DNA from: Tubiluchus corallicola
Taxonomy: Eukaryota; Animalia; Priapulida
Direction of reading: 5' to 3'
DNA: 64,000 nt
NCBI GenBank assembly: GCA_030141605.1
Contig: JAQGDQ010000002.1
Location: forward strand, 682,001 to 746,000
Position 1 is the first letter of the stretch. Each line of letters begins with the position of its first letter. Both the position numbers and the translations under genes were made by a program. The notes beneath the pieces are model-generated. The model was not told the origin of the DNA. It searched no databases and saw only the letters and a program-made list of their open reading frames with translations. This document shows, one piece after another, positions 1 to 13,325 of this stretch.

Positions 1-3000
1 ATATCAACAAAATTTGTTAGTTCCAAATTTATTTAAGTACTTTTGCTTAGCAGCAGAAATTTTAGCTCAAGTTTAGATTTGGGTGTGTTTCAAATCAAAT
101 GAAGCCAGTTTTACAAAACAAATTTGTGTGTTTACTCAAGGAAACCTGAAAATTTTTGTCTGCACAATTAATTAATTAAGAATTATATAATTAAATAATT
201 AACTGTATTTCTTAACCTAGAAATAGCTTTCTTAACTGGAGCCGGAGCCTAATTCATCAAGCCCGTTTTTTACACTTACCTGACATTAGAAAGATTCATA
301 ATGGATGGACTTTAAATATTTATGATACACAATTTATACATGTCATTGGGAAGTTTACATTCGTCTGACAGGTGACCTCACACTAATTTTTTATAAAACT
401 AAATTCTGAACATTGTTTTAGAGATAACATGGCATGGCTAGATTTTATTTGTTTACCAAAATTCAAAAATTCTGTTTAGATCTAAATCCTGTCACACAGT
501 TTGATTACGATGCCATGTTTTATAAAATAACTAACTGACATTATGGATTACTAAGAACATGATAACAAGTTTCTAAGAAAAAAATTGAAAAACAGCCAAA
601 CTCGGCAAACAATATTGATAAACACTAATGTTTCTTATAGCGATTTTCAACAGTATACCACAACACCCCCACACCCCTCCGAAACGCGTGGTTGCCACTC
701 CAGAGTTAATTAACTACACAGCATACTAACCTTCGGTCAACCGCTTCACTTGAATAGCCTTCACGTTTTATAACGACTACTGTGTTTATTAATTTTGTGC
801 TTTGCTATAATTATTTTACTGCTTATGTGCTCTGTTATGTTCTATTACTTTATATGTGGCGTTAGCGACATAGTATTCACTTGAAGTTTGAAGCCCGAAC
901 TTTGGTCTACTTCATAAGCATCCAAATAGCATCAATAGCTGCCCTGAGTGCTTACTGCTCAATATGCATGGCTGACGTAATAAATTCCCTCCACAACTAA
1001 AGTGTTCTACGTTAATTAAACATTTTTGATTGGTAATCAGTATTTTTGAATTTACCCTGAAGGTATGATTTAATTTCTACATCCGACAACGCTCACTCCA
1101 TAATCAGTGCTCAAAAATCAGTCAGTCTCGCACTTTTTAAATACTCACTCTATAATCATTTGGTCTCGATATCTTTACATATACATCATGGTCAATGATC
1201 AGCAATAATCGGTTTCTATATATCAGGGATAAACAATCGATACCATTAAAAATGTGAAACGAGGCATTAGCTGTACAGAAAATCACTGCTTTTGCTTAAT
1301 ATTGGCTTGCTGATTCTCAGTTGTTGGACAACGTTTCTTTACAAACAGATCACGCTTATATTTCATCTTTTGTTTGTGTAAAATTAAGTTAAAGTGTTTT
1401 GCTGTCATCATTTGTATTGATGTTAAGGATGTGTCACTACACGAGCAACTGAATTATATTAATTTTTGCATTTTTTCAGAGAAAAATGTGATGGCTGTTC
1501 TTTTTGTGTTAAGTAAAACATTCAAATAAACGTGTATGCTAATCGTACAGAGTTATATTAACGGTATTCGGTTTGCGTACTAAGTTTCACGACAGTGGCC
1601 GCCTTTTTATCTGAGAAACGCATTTATGCAAACTTGCATCTATCATCATTGCTGTGTGCTTTAACAAAGTCAAATGCCATTTGCAGATCGCAGCTCATGT
1701 TTATTTTATGAAACTTACGCAATGCCGGCTTCGTTACAATAATAATTATGTTGTTTATCAAAGTTCGCGGCATATTGAATTGATGTATTCTGTGTCTTAA
1801 TTCGCTTTTAATCTAAGTAATAGGTATAAGACAGAAGCAATGCACAAAGTTATTTTGCAAAACCAGATTTGCTGTAATTATCGCGGAAAACTGAGCAAGG
1901 CAATTAATAAGTAGTCACCTGGTTCACAAAAGAATGGAAGCAAATAAGCTGTTACATGTTAAACCACGAGGACAGAATAAAGTCCATCCCTTTTGGAGAG
2001 TGAAACCAACAAACAGAATGGTTTTTAATTAATTACTAATAAAGGAATTATTACTGAAATAATTATATAAAACTACTAACAGCAAAATAATTGAAACTAA
2101 TTTCTGCGCTGAACAGTAAGATCGCTAACGCCACAGATAAAAATAATAGAGTACATTACAAGCAGTAATTAACAATGCACAAGTAATAACACAACAGCCG
2201 TTATAAAATCTATGCACATGAAAAAAAAACATTAAATCACACAAAAAAACATTTTACAAGTTCGGGATATGAAGAAAGACTCTACAATATACGGATCATT
2301 CTAGACTATACTGCAGTATTACCATCACTCGCAGCAGTGTACGCGTGCGCGGATAACATCATTTAAAGTCAAATTAAGTTACGGTACTTCGTGCAATCAA
2401 CTTATAGTTTAAAAACATTGCTAAAAAACTTGGAATAATTATGAATTTTAAACCAACCCATTGCCCGGATAGGCTTCACTCTAACTTTCTGGGCCGGCCG
2501 ATCTATGCAAAATGCCCTCATCTTACATAATGTGCATGGTGATGCACGCATCTTGGATAAAGAGCCATTTTGGTGCGGTGTTGATATAGCTATTCCTTGC
2601 ATTAACTGAAATAACGGTAATGCTAAACTGAAATTGTCATCTAAGGTTTTAAAGTGTCATGAAATCTGCAGTTGGTCCTTTGTGGCTGGAATGTATGTGG
2701 AAGGGCGAGTTTAGCGAGTGATGGAACGGGTGCATACGTGCGTCTTTATTGTTAAATAATAATTTATAAATGAAATATTAAGACAACAGTTGATGCAATA
2801 CCCAAGTCAACAGCTACAAAGGGATGCTGTAAATTAATGTTTACAATTATGCAGCTTGTCTTTTATTGTACACCTGCGTGCAATTATTGTTTTCAACAAT
2901 TTTGCATAATAATACCAGCATGTGTTACTTCAGAATTATGGAACACTACAATGGGCACGCATTTGTACATGAACTTTATGGTGAGAAGTGACAGAAGTGG

Positions 3001-4963
3001 TGTACTATAAGTGAATGTATTGGCATAATTGTCATTTTTGTGCTGAGACGCTCGGTACTCCGTTCTGTACCTATTGCAGCAGCAGCTATTATAGTTGCTT
3101 ACACTTACATGTAATGGCTAATTGTAATTAAAACAGCAATTATAAATAGTAGAGAAAATCAATAATTTGTCGACCTACCGATAAAATGATCAAACACCAA
3201 TCGATTAGCTTGACTATTTGTAAGCTAAGAAACAATACAACTAACTGGATACTTGAGCGCTTTGGGCTGCTAGGTTTGCTACACAGGAAGAACCATCAAC
3301 GTTAAGGCTTATTGACGCCCTAAAGACTTGAGCGTTCTGTTGACACGGAGCCAGTAAAATATCGTACTGCATGTAAGATAATCCAACCAAACATTCTATG
3401 CAAACTATCAATCTTTTAAAAGGATATCCATTGAAGCATAATTACACGCAGTATTTGAGCCTCTAGAGGCAAAGACAATAGATTCCAAAACTGTGTAGTT
3501 TTACCAGATTTTTTTAGCGCTCTCACAAATAAAAAGCAACCCTTGAAGGCGTACAGCCAAACACAATTTCATCGTTTATGAATCAGAGCCCTCCCAGCCA
3601 CGGGAGAACGGCCACGGGAAACCATTAAGTAAAGTTTCTACGACAGGCTACTGAGAAGTTCAAAGTTAATGGTGTTTCATTTACTGACACGGCGCAAAAT
3701 TGGTTAGACACATTGCAAAGCACGACTTCCGCGAAACCACTGACATGACATGAAGTGAGATACCAGGCTATTACTAGCATGACTGAACAAGCAACTTTGA
3801 CGTCGCCCATTGCGAGTGTCAAGATCGCAGGCCCGACGTAGAGGGAAGAACCAAGTTGCATGCGGTCACCGAGGAAAACCTCAGGAAATAATGTCAAACA
3901 TGCTCATTAGTCCACATAGTTTCTGTTTTTTTATGTTATACTTGTTTTCGATATTATAGAATGATGGTATTCTTAATATCACAAATACTTTGTGCGCCGA
4001 ATGGGCCGACTAGTGCTTTATAAGTTTAATATAATTGTTGAATAGTAACATTATCAGACCATGTATTTTGGTTTAGAAGACCCTAAAATAACTTCACAAA
4101 TTCGCGTGTTCTTGGGAATTTCCGCAGTCAAACAGAACAATAAACAGAGATTCTGGACATCTTTTTTAACCGCCTCAAAGAGGATTTAATGAAACAATAT
4201 AAATCAAGGCAAGATATATGAGAAGAAATTGATTTAAACCAGAATTTGAATCTGCGACCTTATGTCTACAACTTCTTCGCTATTGTTTCACTTCAGTCTT
4301 TCGCTTTTGTTGGGAAACTTAATCGAAATTCATTTCATTTTTCTTAATTATTGAAAAAATGTCCTGGGTATAAATTATAAGAAATTTAATTTGCCCAATT
4401 TCTTGAGCATCAATCGTTTCAAGAAAACATGCTCTACAGAAAATCATTCTCTAACAAAATTTAATATTTTTTGAGTTTTTTTTTATAAAAGAGTTTTCCT
4501 AAACGAACCAAACTCTTGAAAGCTTTTGTAAAGCAATCTGGTATGTACTTGTATCCGATCGTATCGTGCTCATTTTGTGGGAAATTTTCCCTTAATTTTT
4601 CTACATCAAAGAAACCGTTATAAAGGAAACAATCAAACACTGTCGTCATTCACTTTCGCATCATGCGCAGACTTTAAACGGTTTACTGTCGTTTCAGCAG
4701 CATCAGCTGTTTTTAACTGTATAACGCTCAAAACAACAACTTGCCATAAATGACTCAAACAGTTATCACAATCCTTCTACAACCAGCCATATTATAGATT
4801 TCTTAAACCCCAGTGCTGTTTAAATCATTCTGGTTGCCATTAGTATTGCTGGATTTTAATCACCGAATTTTTTTGTAGGGCCGGTACATTTAAATAAGGA
4901 ATTATTGAAAAAATAGAATGTTTACCGTCCTGTATTATGTATTTTTTTCAAAATATATATGCA

Positions 4964-6170
4964 TAGGCCTTGTGACGTCACAGACGTCCTCGTCCGTATT
5001 AAAATTATGCTAAAGTTCATTTTGTACTCCAAATAAAATATTCATTTCTGTTTTATGTTTGGGTTGGTTTTCTGTCCATCCTTTAATACCTCTCCCCTTT
5101 TCCCTGTTTGATGGCGATCTTCCTGTCACATGTCTTGAATTGTTACAGGATAATTTTCGCGCTCCTGGAAAAGCATTGAACCGTGATTTTTTTTCCTTAT
5201 TGCGGCCATTACGAATTTGAGCTGCGTTTGAAGCTACACGTTTTGTTGCAGCAGGTTTGAGGTCTCGTAACTGTTGAGATCTCATTATGAGTTCGTTAGT
5301 TTTGGTGTTCTCATCGTAATCAAATTTCTCTGAGAGGAAACCAGACGGTTCCTTGGCAGTGTTACTAGTATGCAGGAAACTTCGTCGTGTTCGTAATCTG
5401 GCCACGTAGATCATGACGGTTGTTGGGTGGAGTTTGGAACTGCCTAAGGAGGTTGCCTAGCTGAAGACTGAGAACGAGGAACTTTTCTCCTTTCCTCCAT
5501 CATTTGCTGATTCCCACAGTATAGGAGTAAACGGAGATGTTTCGAGGCCCTGGATCCTTGTTTCTAACACCCTGGTGGTGCAGTCTGCAATGCGTGAGCC
5601 CCAGCAATCTGTTCCGGTGTGGTTTCTTGATTCTTGAGATGTGATCCTGGATAACTGGACCCACGGTATCACGACCTGAGGCTAGCCCATTGGTACAGCT
5701 GCAGCGACAATGGAACTCTTTGGTAATTATCCTCTCCTCTCTGCCTATTATACCCGGGATGGGGTTGACTGAATTCTTTCATTATATGTGTGTATATAAG
5801 TAATTTACAGAAAATATTATTTTTGAAATTACCATTAAATAATTTTTGCACGTTTTTTTTATAAAAAAGCAATAACGTTTGTTTGTCTTCCTGTTCGTCC
5901 TCGTCATTTCTAAGTACAAATGATAATGGCCTAAAATAGCATCAGTTTTAATCAAACTACTAGGACCCTCGTTAAAAAAAGTCTGGATAAAAACCCCTTG
6001 CCTTAAAAAATTAGTATCAAAAATTGTTTTTATCCACATGTGATGAACTCTGGCGTGCTCGGATAAAGTAAAAGATAACCCCTATTTTGCATTCCTGACA
6101 AAACTATTTATTCTTTTATATAATACACCATAAAGTGTCAAAAATGGTGCCAGTGGTCGTCACAGGCCTA
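4964..6170. mobile_element. Putative non-autonomous TIR DNA element (degenerate)
   Basis: The left end TAGGCCTTGTGACG matches the reverse complement of the right end (TAGGCCTGTGACG) with one indel. The internal motif CGTCCTCGTC is repeated. No clean TSD. Confidence 0.35.
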
Positions 6171-6699
6171 ATTACGCAGAAATGTCCTCGTTTGATACAT
6201 TAGAGAGTAGAGCAATCAAAAGGCCATCTTGCGTATTCGAGATTATTCATTTCAAATTACATGCACTACCTTGTAATTAAGCCACTTGTTTAGTTGGCTG
6301 TTAATACTACCGAAGCCTCTCATTAAGTGAGGTTTAGTTCAGATTCCGTAAGCTTAAATAAATTCCCAGGATGTCTGCGTGGGTATTGCGTACCTATGCG
6401 GCTCTGTAATGATCTTAAGATTTAGTGTCCCCTATATATAACCTACAACGTGTCATCAAGCTAAAGTAGACAAACACCACCACTGCTTTTTACATCATCA
6501 CAGTCACTAGAGATGAACTGGAATGCTGTCAGGCGGCCAGAAAAATGTATTCTAGACAAATTGCCCTGAAAAAGTATACAGGTACTCAAAGTGGCTGCAC
6601 TGCCGCTGCAGCATAAAGGTGTAGATATAAATGCAGGTCTAGAAAAATATAATTTTAAAAATTAATTTGCTATCATAGGAGACTTGAAACGGGCGAACT

Positions 6700-6941
6700 T
6701 GTAAATTAACAGGACACAATGAACTGGTAAAGAATTCCACAGATAAGAGACCCGAGGGGAAAAACAGGATTTATAAACAGCCACCCTGTATCTGGGAGTA
6801 CTAATAGTAAAATATGAAAGCTGTGGCAAAACGACCAAACTGCTGGCATTTAAGAAGAGATGATAAGAGATCCTAGTCCTCCTGAGGCCGGAAGCATCTT
6901 TTGTTGAAGTACCGACAAATGAGGCTTAATCTAATAACAGA
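6700..6941 (-). mobile_element. CR1/L2-like LINE ORF2 3' remnant (segment downstream of the BEL insertion)
   Basis: The minus strand reads ..SVIRLSLICRYFNKRC.. and ..YKSCFSPRVSYLWNSLP.., resembling the SLSLFYRYF and SFFPR-x4-WNSLP motifs at the end of CR1-clade ORF2. Degenerate. Confidence 0.6.
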
Positions 6942-6972
6942 TGAACAACAACTTCAAAATGACTTTCACATA

Positions 6973-6990
6973 TGGTCCTTCGAGCCGGAT
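6973..6990 (+). promoter_or_regulatory. Primer binding site complementary to the tRNA-Tyr 3' end
   Basis: TGGTCCTTCGAGCCGGAT lies 2 nt after the LTR-terminal CA. This is a typical BEL/Pao PBS. Confidence 0.8.
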
Positions 6991-7047
6991 ATGAACTCAG
7001 ACAGCACACAAGGATAACAATACAGGGCTTCTACTTCTGTTGTCAAC

Positions 7048-7898
7048 ATGACAGAGCAAGTGGAGAAAACTAAACGAGTTCGACGAGCTTTGAGATCTTC
7101 TGTTACAAAAGCTACAACCTTATTAACTGACGAACTAGATCGAGAAATTCCTAGCGAAAAAGAGGTGAGCCTTCTCTTATCACTTGTTACGGAAAGGGCC
7201 GAGCGTCTGTTTGAAGCAGATAACAACATATTATCACAGTTGTTGGATCTTGATGCAGAACAGGAGACACTTGATGAGGAAATTGAATCTGTTGATGATT
7301 ATAAATTGCGTGTTACACGTGAAGTACATCGTGCTAATCAGTTTCTTGGCCCTGCTTCTGCAGCTGAAAATCCTACCATTACAGGTCCTGCCGCATGCAC
7401 CCGTCAGCTGACACTCTTTCTGACACTTCAATTTCTCGTTCAGCTGCTGTTACTCGTTTGCCTAAGCTGATACTGCCAAAATTTGATGGCCAGATTTTTG
7501 AATGGCTGGCGTTTTGGGAACACTTTGATGCTGCTGTCCATTCTCATGAGCATTTAGCACCTGTGCAGAAGTTTACTTATTTAAAGGGACAACTATGTGG
7601 TGAGGCTGCCACAGCCATAGCCGGTTTACCACTTTCCTCAGCTAACTACTCTACTGCCATTCAACTACTTGAGCATCGTTGTGGGCGCAAAGAAGTTCTA
7701 ATAAGTGCACATATGTCAGCACTTCTTCGATTGCAACCATGCACTTCTCTTGATGCGAAGCCACTTCGGAAAGTGCTTGACGAGCCTGACACGAACGTAC
7801 GGGGTCTCGAAGCCCTAAATGTCACTTCTGATTCTTATGGTCGGTTACTAATACCAGTCCTGTTGTCTCGTCTTCCTTCACAGCTCCGTCTTCTGTAG
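7048..7898 (+). pseudogene. BEL/Pao gag (DUF1759-like), frameshifted
   Basis: An N-terminal coiled-coil ORF (7048-7470) overlaps ORF 7395-7898, which carries RLPKLILPKFDGQIFEWLAFWEHF..HLAPVQKFTYLKGQL, typical of Pao gag. Frameshift near 7400 and a stop at 7898. Confidence 0.85.
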
Positions 7899-7941
7899 GG
7901 CAAAAAAGGATGCAGATGAACAAGGTACAGTCAAGGAACTT

Positions 7942-9760
7942 ATGGAGTTTCTAAGGGAGGACATACAAGCTTGTGAGCGTGTTAGACATGTCAACTATTT
8001 CGTCGAGAAGCCTACAACCACTCAGCCAACTGTGAAGCAGTCATCATTTTCTGGTAAACATTCTACTTTTCTGACAAGGGACACTAATAACACCAAGTCT
8101 TGTTTATTGTGTGGCGATTCGTGTAAAACACCTTTCCGTTGTCAGAAGTTCTTCGACTTGTCTGTTGATGCTCGACAGAAGTTTGTCAAGGACAGACAAT
8201 TGTGTTTCAATTGCTTGCAGTCTCATCAAATAAAACAGTGTACATCCAAGAATGTGTGTAAAGAATGTGGTGCATTGCATCGTGTTTCTGCGAACAGTGC
8301 AAACAATGTTAGTGGCGCCTTGAGAGGAATGTCTCCTGGTGGTGGTGATAAGCCTAAACTCAACTGCATGGTGAAAACCACCAGCAATGGTCAACGCACA
8401 ATTTTACAAACAGTTCTTGTCCACATGGATGGAATCGATCGTCCTGTACGTCTACTTCTTGATGGTGGATCTGAAGAGATCTACATTAGCGAAGCTCTCA
8501 GTCGACAAATTCATTGCAAACGTGCCACTCAACGCAAGTTGTTTCAAGTGCAAAGTTTTGGTGGGAGGAATACTTCCTCCATTAATAGACAGAAATATGA
8601 ATTTAAAATTCGTAGCATGTATAATGATCAGTGGTATTTCATAAATTTTTGGGTTGTTCCATTCATATGTTCACCCCTTCAGGGCGGTGATTTGTCTTGT
8701 TTAACTATGTTACCACAGGGTTTAGAATATGCTGATGATTACAGTCAGCCACAATTACACATTGATGCATTGGTTGGAAATGATGCCCTTCCTCACATCT
8801 TTACTCCTAATGCACCTCTTTTCCACTTCAACCTTATGCTGATTCCTACCATCTTTGGCTGGACCTTGAGTGGTTGTGTTCCCAACTCCCTGTCACAACA
8901 GTCCTCCTTGGTTCCTCTTGTACGCACTCTGTACTCTAGGAATGCAGATGCCAACTACTGTGAATCTTGGTGGCAGTTGGAGTCTATGAACATCCATCCA
9001 GACTCGGAAAAGAACGAATTTCCTTTGTCAGTCAAGCACATTGATGGTCGATACGAGACTACTTTACCATGGGATGGGTTCGAACGTCCTCAGTTCACGA
9101 AGCAGCAAGCCTTGGCACATGGTCGATCCTTCTACAGGTTACCACTAGAAAGGCAACAAAGATACAGAGACTCTTTAAAAGAGTGGCATGGCCCTGGAAT
9201 CATAGAAGACTCTCCTGACACAGATGGTGGCAATTTCTTACCCCATCATAGTCTCATCCAAGGAACAAAGATACGAGTTGTTTTCAAAGGCTCAGCAAAG
9301 CCTACCATTGGACTTAGCATAAATGATTGTCTTGTAACCGGTCCCAATTTGCTCAGCGACGTTTTAGCCATCTTGGTACGTTTCCGCAGTCACCGAATTG
9401 GTCTGATTGCTGATATCGAGAAAGCCTTCCTGATGATTGGAATCTCGCGTCCTGATCGAGAGTTTCTAAAGTTTATTTGGGACTTGGATGGCAAACAGCA
9501 CGTGAGCAGATTTGCAAGACTTCCATTTGGGCTTTCTGCAAGCCCAGCAATTCTACATGCCATCATTGCAATGCATCTGGACAGCCTACCTGTGACTTCA
9601 ACAGTTACCTCTCTTAGGCACAACATGTACGTTGATAATCTAGTAGCAGGCTGTGACAACGAATCCGACATTGAGCCATACAAATCTGAAGCTGTTCAAG
9701 CCTTTGTCAGTGCCGGTATTAACCTGCGTGCTTGGCAGACTTTTTCTTCTTCTGCAAGAG
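7942..9760 (+). pseudogene. BEL/Pao gag Zn knuckles, aspartic protease and truncated reverse transcriptase
   Basis: CFNCLQSH..C and CKEC Zn knuckles, protease motif LLDGGSE, and RT motifs SINDCLVTGPNL, ADIEKAFLMI, RLPFGLSASP and YVDN. The sequence jumps to the PPT shortly after YVDN. Confidence 0.9.
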
Positions 9761-9793
9761 AACGGTGGGAGTGTAACACTGATGACTTTCACA

Positions 9794-9950
9794 ACAGATC
9801 ATCAATTAGGAAGGCCACACATTAGACCTGACTAGATTGACAAGAGTTTGCAACCTGTCAAGTGGATTAAAATAAAAAGCTGAGGCATAAAAAGTTTGAA
9901 TAGTTAATTTATAAAAGTAAAGTATAGCATCAGGAGTAAAATACTTTCGA
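9794..9950 (-). mobile_element. CR1/L2-like LINE ORF2 remnant (segment upstream of the BEL insertion)
   Basis: The minus strand reads YFTPDAILYFYKLTIQ...LDRLQTLVNLV, CR1-like. It continues into the 6700-6941 segment across the ACAGA TSD. Confidence 0.55.
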
Positions 9951-12886
9951 TCGCTATACCGGCACCCACATCTGCTGATATGTTCTTAGCCACATCTGTG
10001 AGATATTTTTCTCTGAATGTGGATCTGAATTCATTTGTCTGTCGATTGATAAACGCGAATTTGGATCTGAATTCATTCACTCTTGTTTTTTTGTAAGGTT
10101 AGTAAAAAATAAATAAAACAATAGAAAATACTAACGCACATAAAGTAAAATTGATGGTCATTGTCTTCGTATTTGTTGCTTTGACAGAGAAATTTATCAA
10201 GACAGGAGTTGCCTTGACGAATAATATTATAGAACGAAAATAAGTTTAAAAATCATCATAAAAATATTTTTAAATTGTTGCTCAAGTGCTTTAGTCTAAC
10301 CTTACTTTTTACAGTCTTGGTAATTCAAATCAAACTTTCGCATGTTTAAAAAAGCAAGCAAACGAAAAAAACGCCTTATAGAGAAAACCACGAGTACAAC
10401 TAATAGCATTTCTAACATTTTAGTAGTAACAATTGCTGTTGAAGGTTTTAACAAATACAGGAAATTGATATTACAAATCCGCATTTATACCGCGCGATAT
10501 CCCCACTCGACATGGCGCCCTTGTATGGCTTCCATTATAATACGTATCCTGCCTTTTCATTTTTCTCAGTTACCTGAAGTGAAGCCGGTGCATTGGATTA
10601 CCTGTAGTCCAGATCTCTAAGTAGGACAGTAATTAGTATAGCGGGCTGATTGCATTCAGATTCTGCAAATTTGTTTACTGTAGGCAATTAAATGCTTGCT
10701 ATAGGCGCTGATTATATCTTAACGCGCCGAATAGTTTGATTTGGCATTAATCATGGAAGGTAGTCACTAATTTCGCCATAAGTAAAAGTATTTGTCCAGA
10801 GAATTATTTGCAATTATCCTGAAAGACATGAATAATCTTATTTGCAGGTTAATTGAACGTACTAATTGTCTACGTGTCCTCGTTCGGCCCGAGAATCATC
10901 TTTTAGTACAATTAATGAACATGCGAGTTTCATGTAAATTGTACAAAACTCAAATAAGTAACAACTGCGGCACTTGTTTTTAATTTTGTAATGCACTTGC
11001 AATATTTGTCTTAACAACCCAAGTTTAAGTTTGACACCTTGTCACTGTCCATCAGCCTAGTAAATTGACCGGATGAAGGTCGCTACTTTGATTAATTTTT
11101 GATTGTTATAATCGGGTAACGTAGGCAGGTGACGTGAGAGTGTACCAAGGCCAGGAAAAGGAGAATACTGTTCCTTTGTCCATGTAATTTCGAGTTATGG
11201 ACCTTATGATCGCTTCTGTCGTTTCTTGGTGAAAAGTCTATTATTTTTAAACAGTGTTATATGTTGAGTTACTGTATATTCCGGTTGATGAGTTATGTTA
11301 ACCCAAAGCGATTTTGGTATTGAAAAGTCGGTCAGACTGTCGGACTGAGACTTGAGCAAAATACTGGAGGTCGTAACATTATTAAGTGCGCTTGCGTGGC
11401 GTTACAATTGCATTTGCACTTACGCGATCCTGTTTCGAGTATTCGTTCATGCATGATGCTTTTTGCAAGCCAGTACATAGCACTCGCAACAGCGCCTACC
11501 AAATATATGTGACAGTAGAGACACCGTTATTAATTAAGAACAATTTTCCAAGATGTGGTACTAAACCAGCACGCACATTTGGATGTATATAAAGGCCTGT
11601 CATCTCTTAACGAGGCAAATAGCCAAAGGCATCATGGCTGGCAGGTTTACCGCCAAGAAGCACTGGTCACCTGTCTATGTAGGCCTACTAACTTTCTAAC
11701 ATTGTTAAACTTCGCACCCAAGCAAGTATCGTACTCACCCATGATTGTTTTCGTACGGAATGTTATTTTGTTTATAAATCACCTTCTCTTACTGGCTTCA
11801 TGAAGCCATTCGGATCATTTATATTCGCCTACTTACACTGTCCCAAGGATAGCGAAAGTGGTGAGATACTTAATTAACTTATTATTTTAAACTTTTCTGC
11901 AAACAGGCTTTTTAGATCTAACAGGAATTTTTATGTTAGCTCATTACACTTTACACTTTACACTTTAACTCATTAGTACCTACTTCAACAGGTTAATAGG
12001 ATTTTGTCTAAGCTACAAATGTGCGACTCAGATCGCTCAACTTTTTCGGATCAAGTGGTTTCCCAGAAGGATTTCACATGGATCTAATGTGCACTCTTTT
12101 TACTTCGATGTTTTTGTAAATAAGAGGAGGAAACTCCTGAGTACTTATTATGCCGATATAGGCCAGTGGACAACAGCAAAAAGAGTTACTTTTGCCAAAT
12201 TCACGGCAAGCATCAATTTAGTTGACATATTACTAATTGGTCTGTTTGAAGTAAAGAAAGTTTTCCTAGAATTAATTAAAGACGAATTTATTATGCAGGG
12301 TATCTGATTTAACAAAATGCATTATAATAGGCAAATTTTAATACCGTAAGTAATAGGCCCATTTGGCACAGGTTAGCGTAGTGGTTGTTTAAATTTTAAA
12401 AAAATACGTTAAGAAAGCAGAAGAAAGCATCGGGTACAAGTAGCATTAAATTTCTGAAAAATTATTACTGGATGCCCACTGCCTGCAATTAGAGGTCCAA
12501 AATGCATATACGTTATATACTAATTACTGCGCGTCTTATGTATGTTAATGTATTCATAAAAGTACTAATAAAGATTTATTAAGATTCCAAATGTTTATTA
12601 TTGTTTATCCGCTACGACAGTGAATAACTCCAAAACGATGGTACCTAAGGTCACCGAACTTGTTGTGTAGACACCTGAGAGTGAGCCTGTGGGGGACAAG
12701 CAGCGGTATGGTGACCGGCAACATGTCAAGGACACTGGACATCGGTCAGTTTTCCGATTATTACTCAATTCCTCCTAGGTCTATGAGTTTAATTCAATTT
12801 TTTTCACAGGAATTTAGGTACTATGGGGTAGATTGGATGTGCACCTGGGGTTTTAAAAACCTGAGTTTCTTTAAGGGCCCGAAGTA

Positions 12887-13325
12887 GGAGCCAAATGGAA
12901 ATTAGGGCAAACATTCAACTGTTACAATATGGAACTACGAGTCAATGTTTATGCATGTGTGAGTGGGTGCAGATGTGCATTAAGTATTTTTCAAAAAGTG
13001 GGCGTGGCCTGGTCATATGACATAAATAAGTGTTAAAATGAGGTCTAGTCAATGATTCTCTAAATATAAGAGCTAGAATCGCGAAACTTGCAGGGTAGGC
13101 TCCTAATATAGTAAACCACAAAGTGGTAGAGGAATGGCGGCCTCTCGGTCAAGGGCCACAGCAGTAGGACCCAAAATGTGAAAATTAGGGCGAATGCCTT
13201 TGTCACTCATCACTTACAGTGTTGGACTAGAAGCCTATGTTATTGCACGTAAGCCGCGTATGGGTGGGCGGTTCACTATACTAAAATGGGTGTGGCCGGT
13301 TCACGTGACAGTGTTAAAATGGGGT
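12887..13325. repeat. Two diverged internal repeat units of a probable interspersed repeat
   Basis: GAAATTAGGGC...GGGCGTGGCCTGGTCATATGAC..GTGTTAAAATG recurs about 280 bp later as AAATTAGGGC...GGGTGTGGCCGGTTCACGTGAC.GTGTTAAAATG. Confidence 0.45.

Larger units (their letters stand above)
6942..9793 (+). mobile_element. BEL/Pao LTR retrotransposon, internally deleted (no RNase H or integrase), with very short TG..CA LTRs
   Basis: TSD ACAGA at 6937-6941 and 9794-9798. The 5' LTR (6942-6970) and 3' LTR (9772-9793) share the ATGACTTTCACA end. PBS at 6973-6990, PPT at 9756-9771, and gag-PR-RT coding sequence inside. Confidence 0.9.

Noticed and set aside
3625-3900. Plus-strand frame with FTDTAQNWLDTL, reminiscent of retrotransposon gag, plus a minus-strand 90-aa ORF
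   Set aside because: Interrupted by stops and supported by one weak motif only, so it cannot be assigned.
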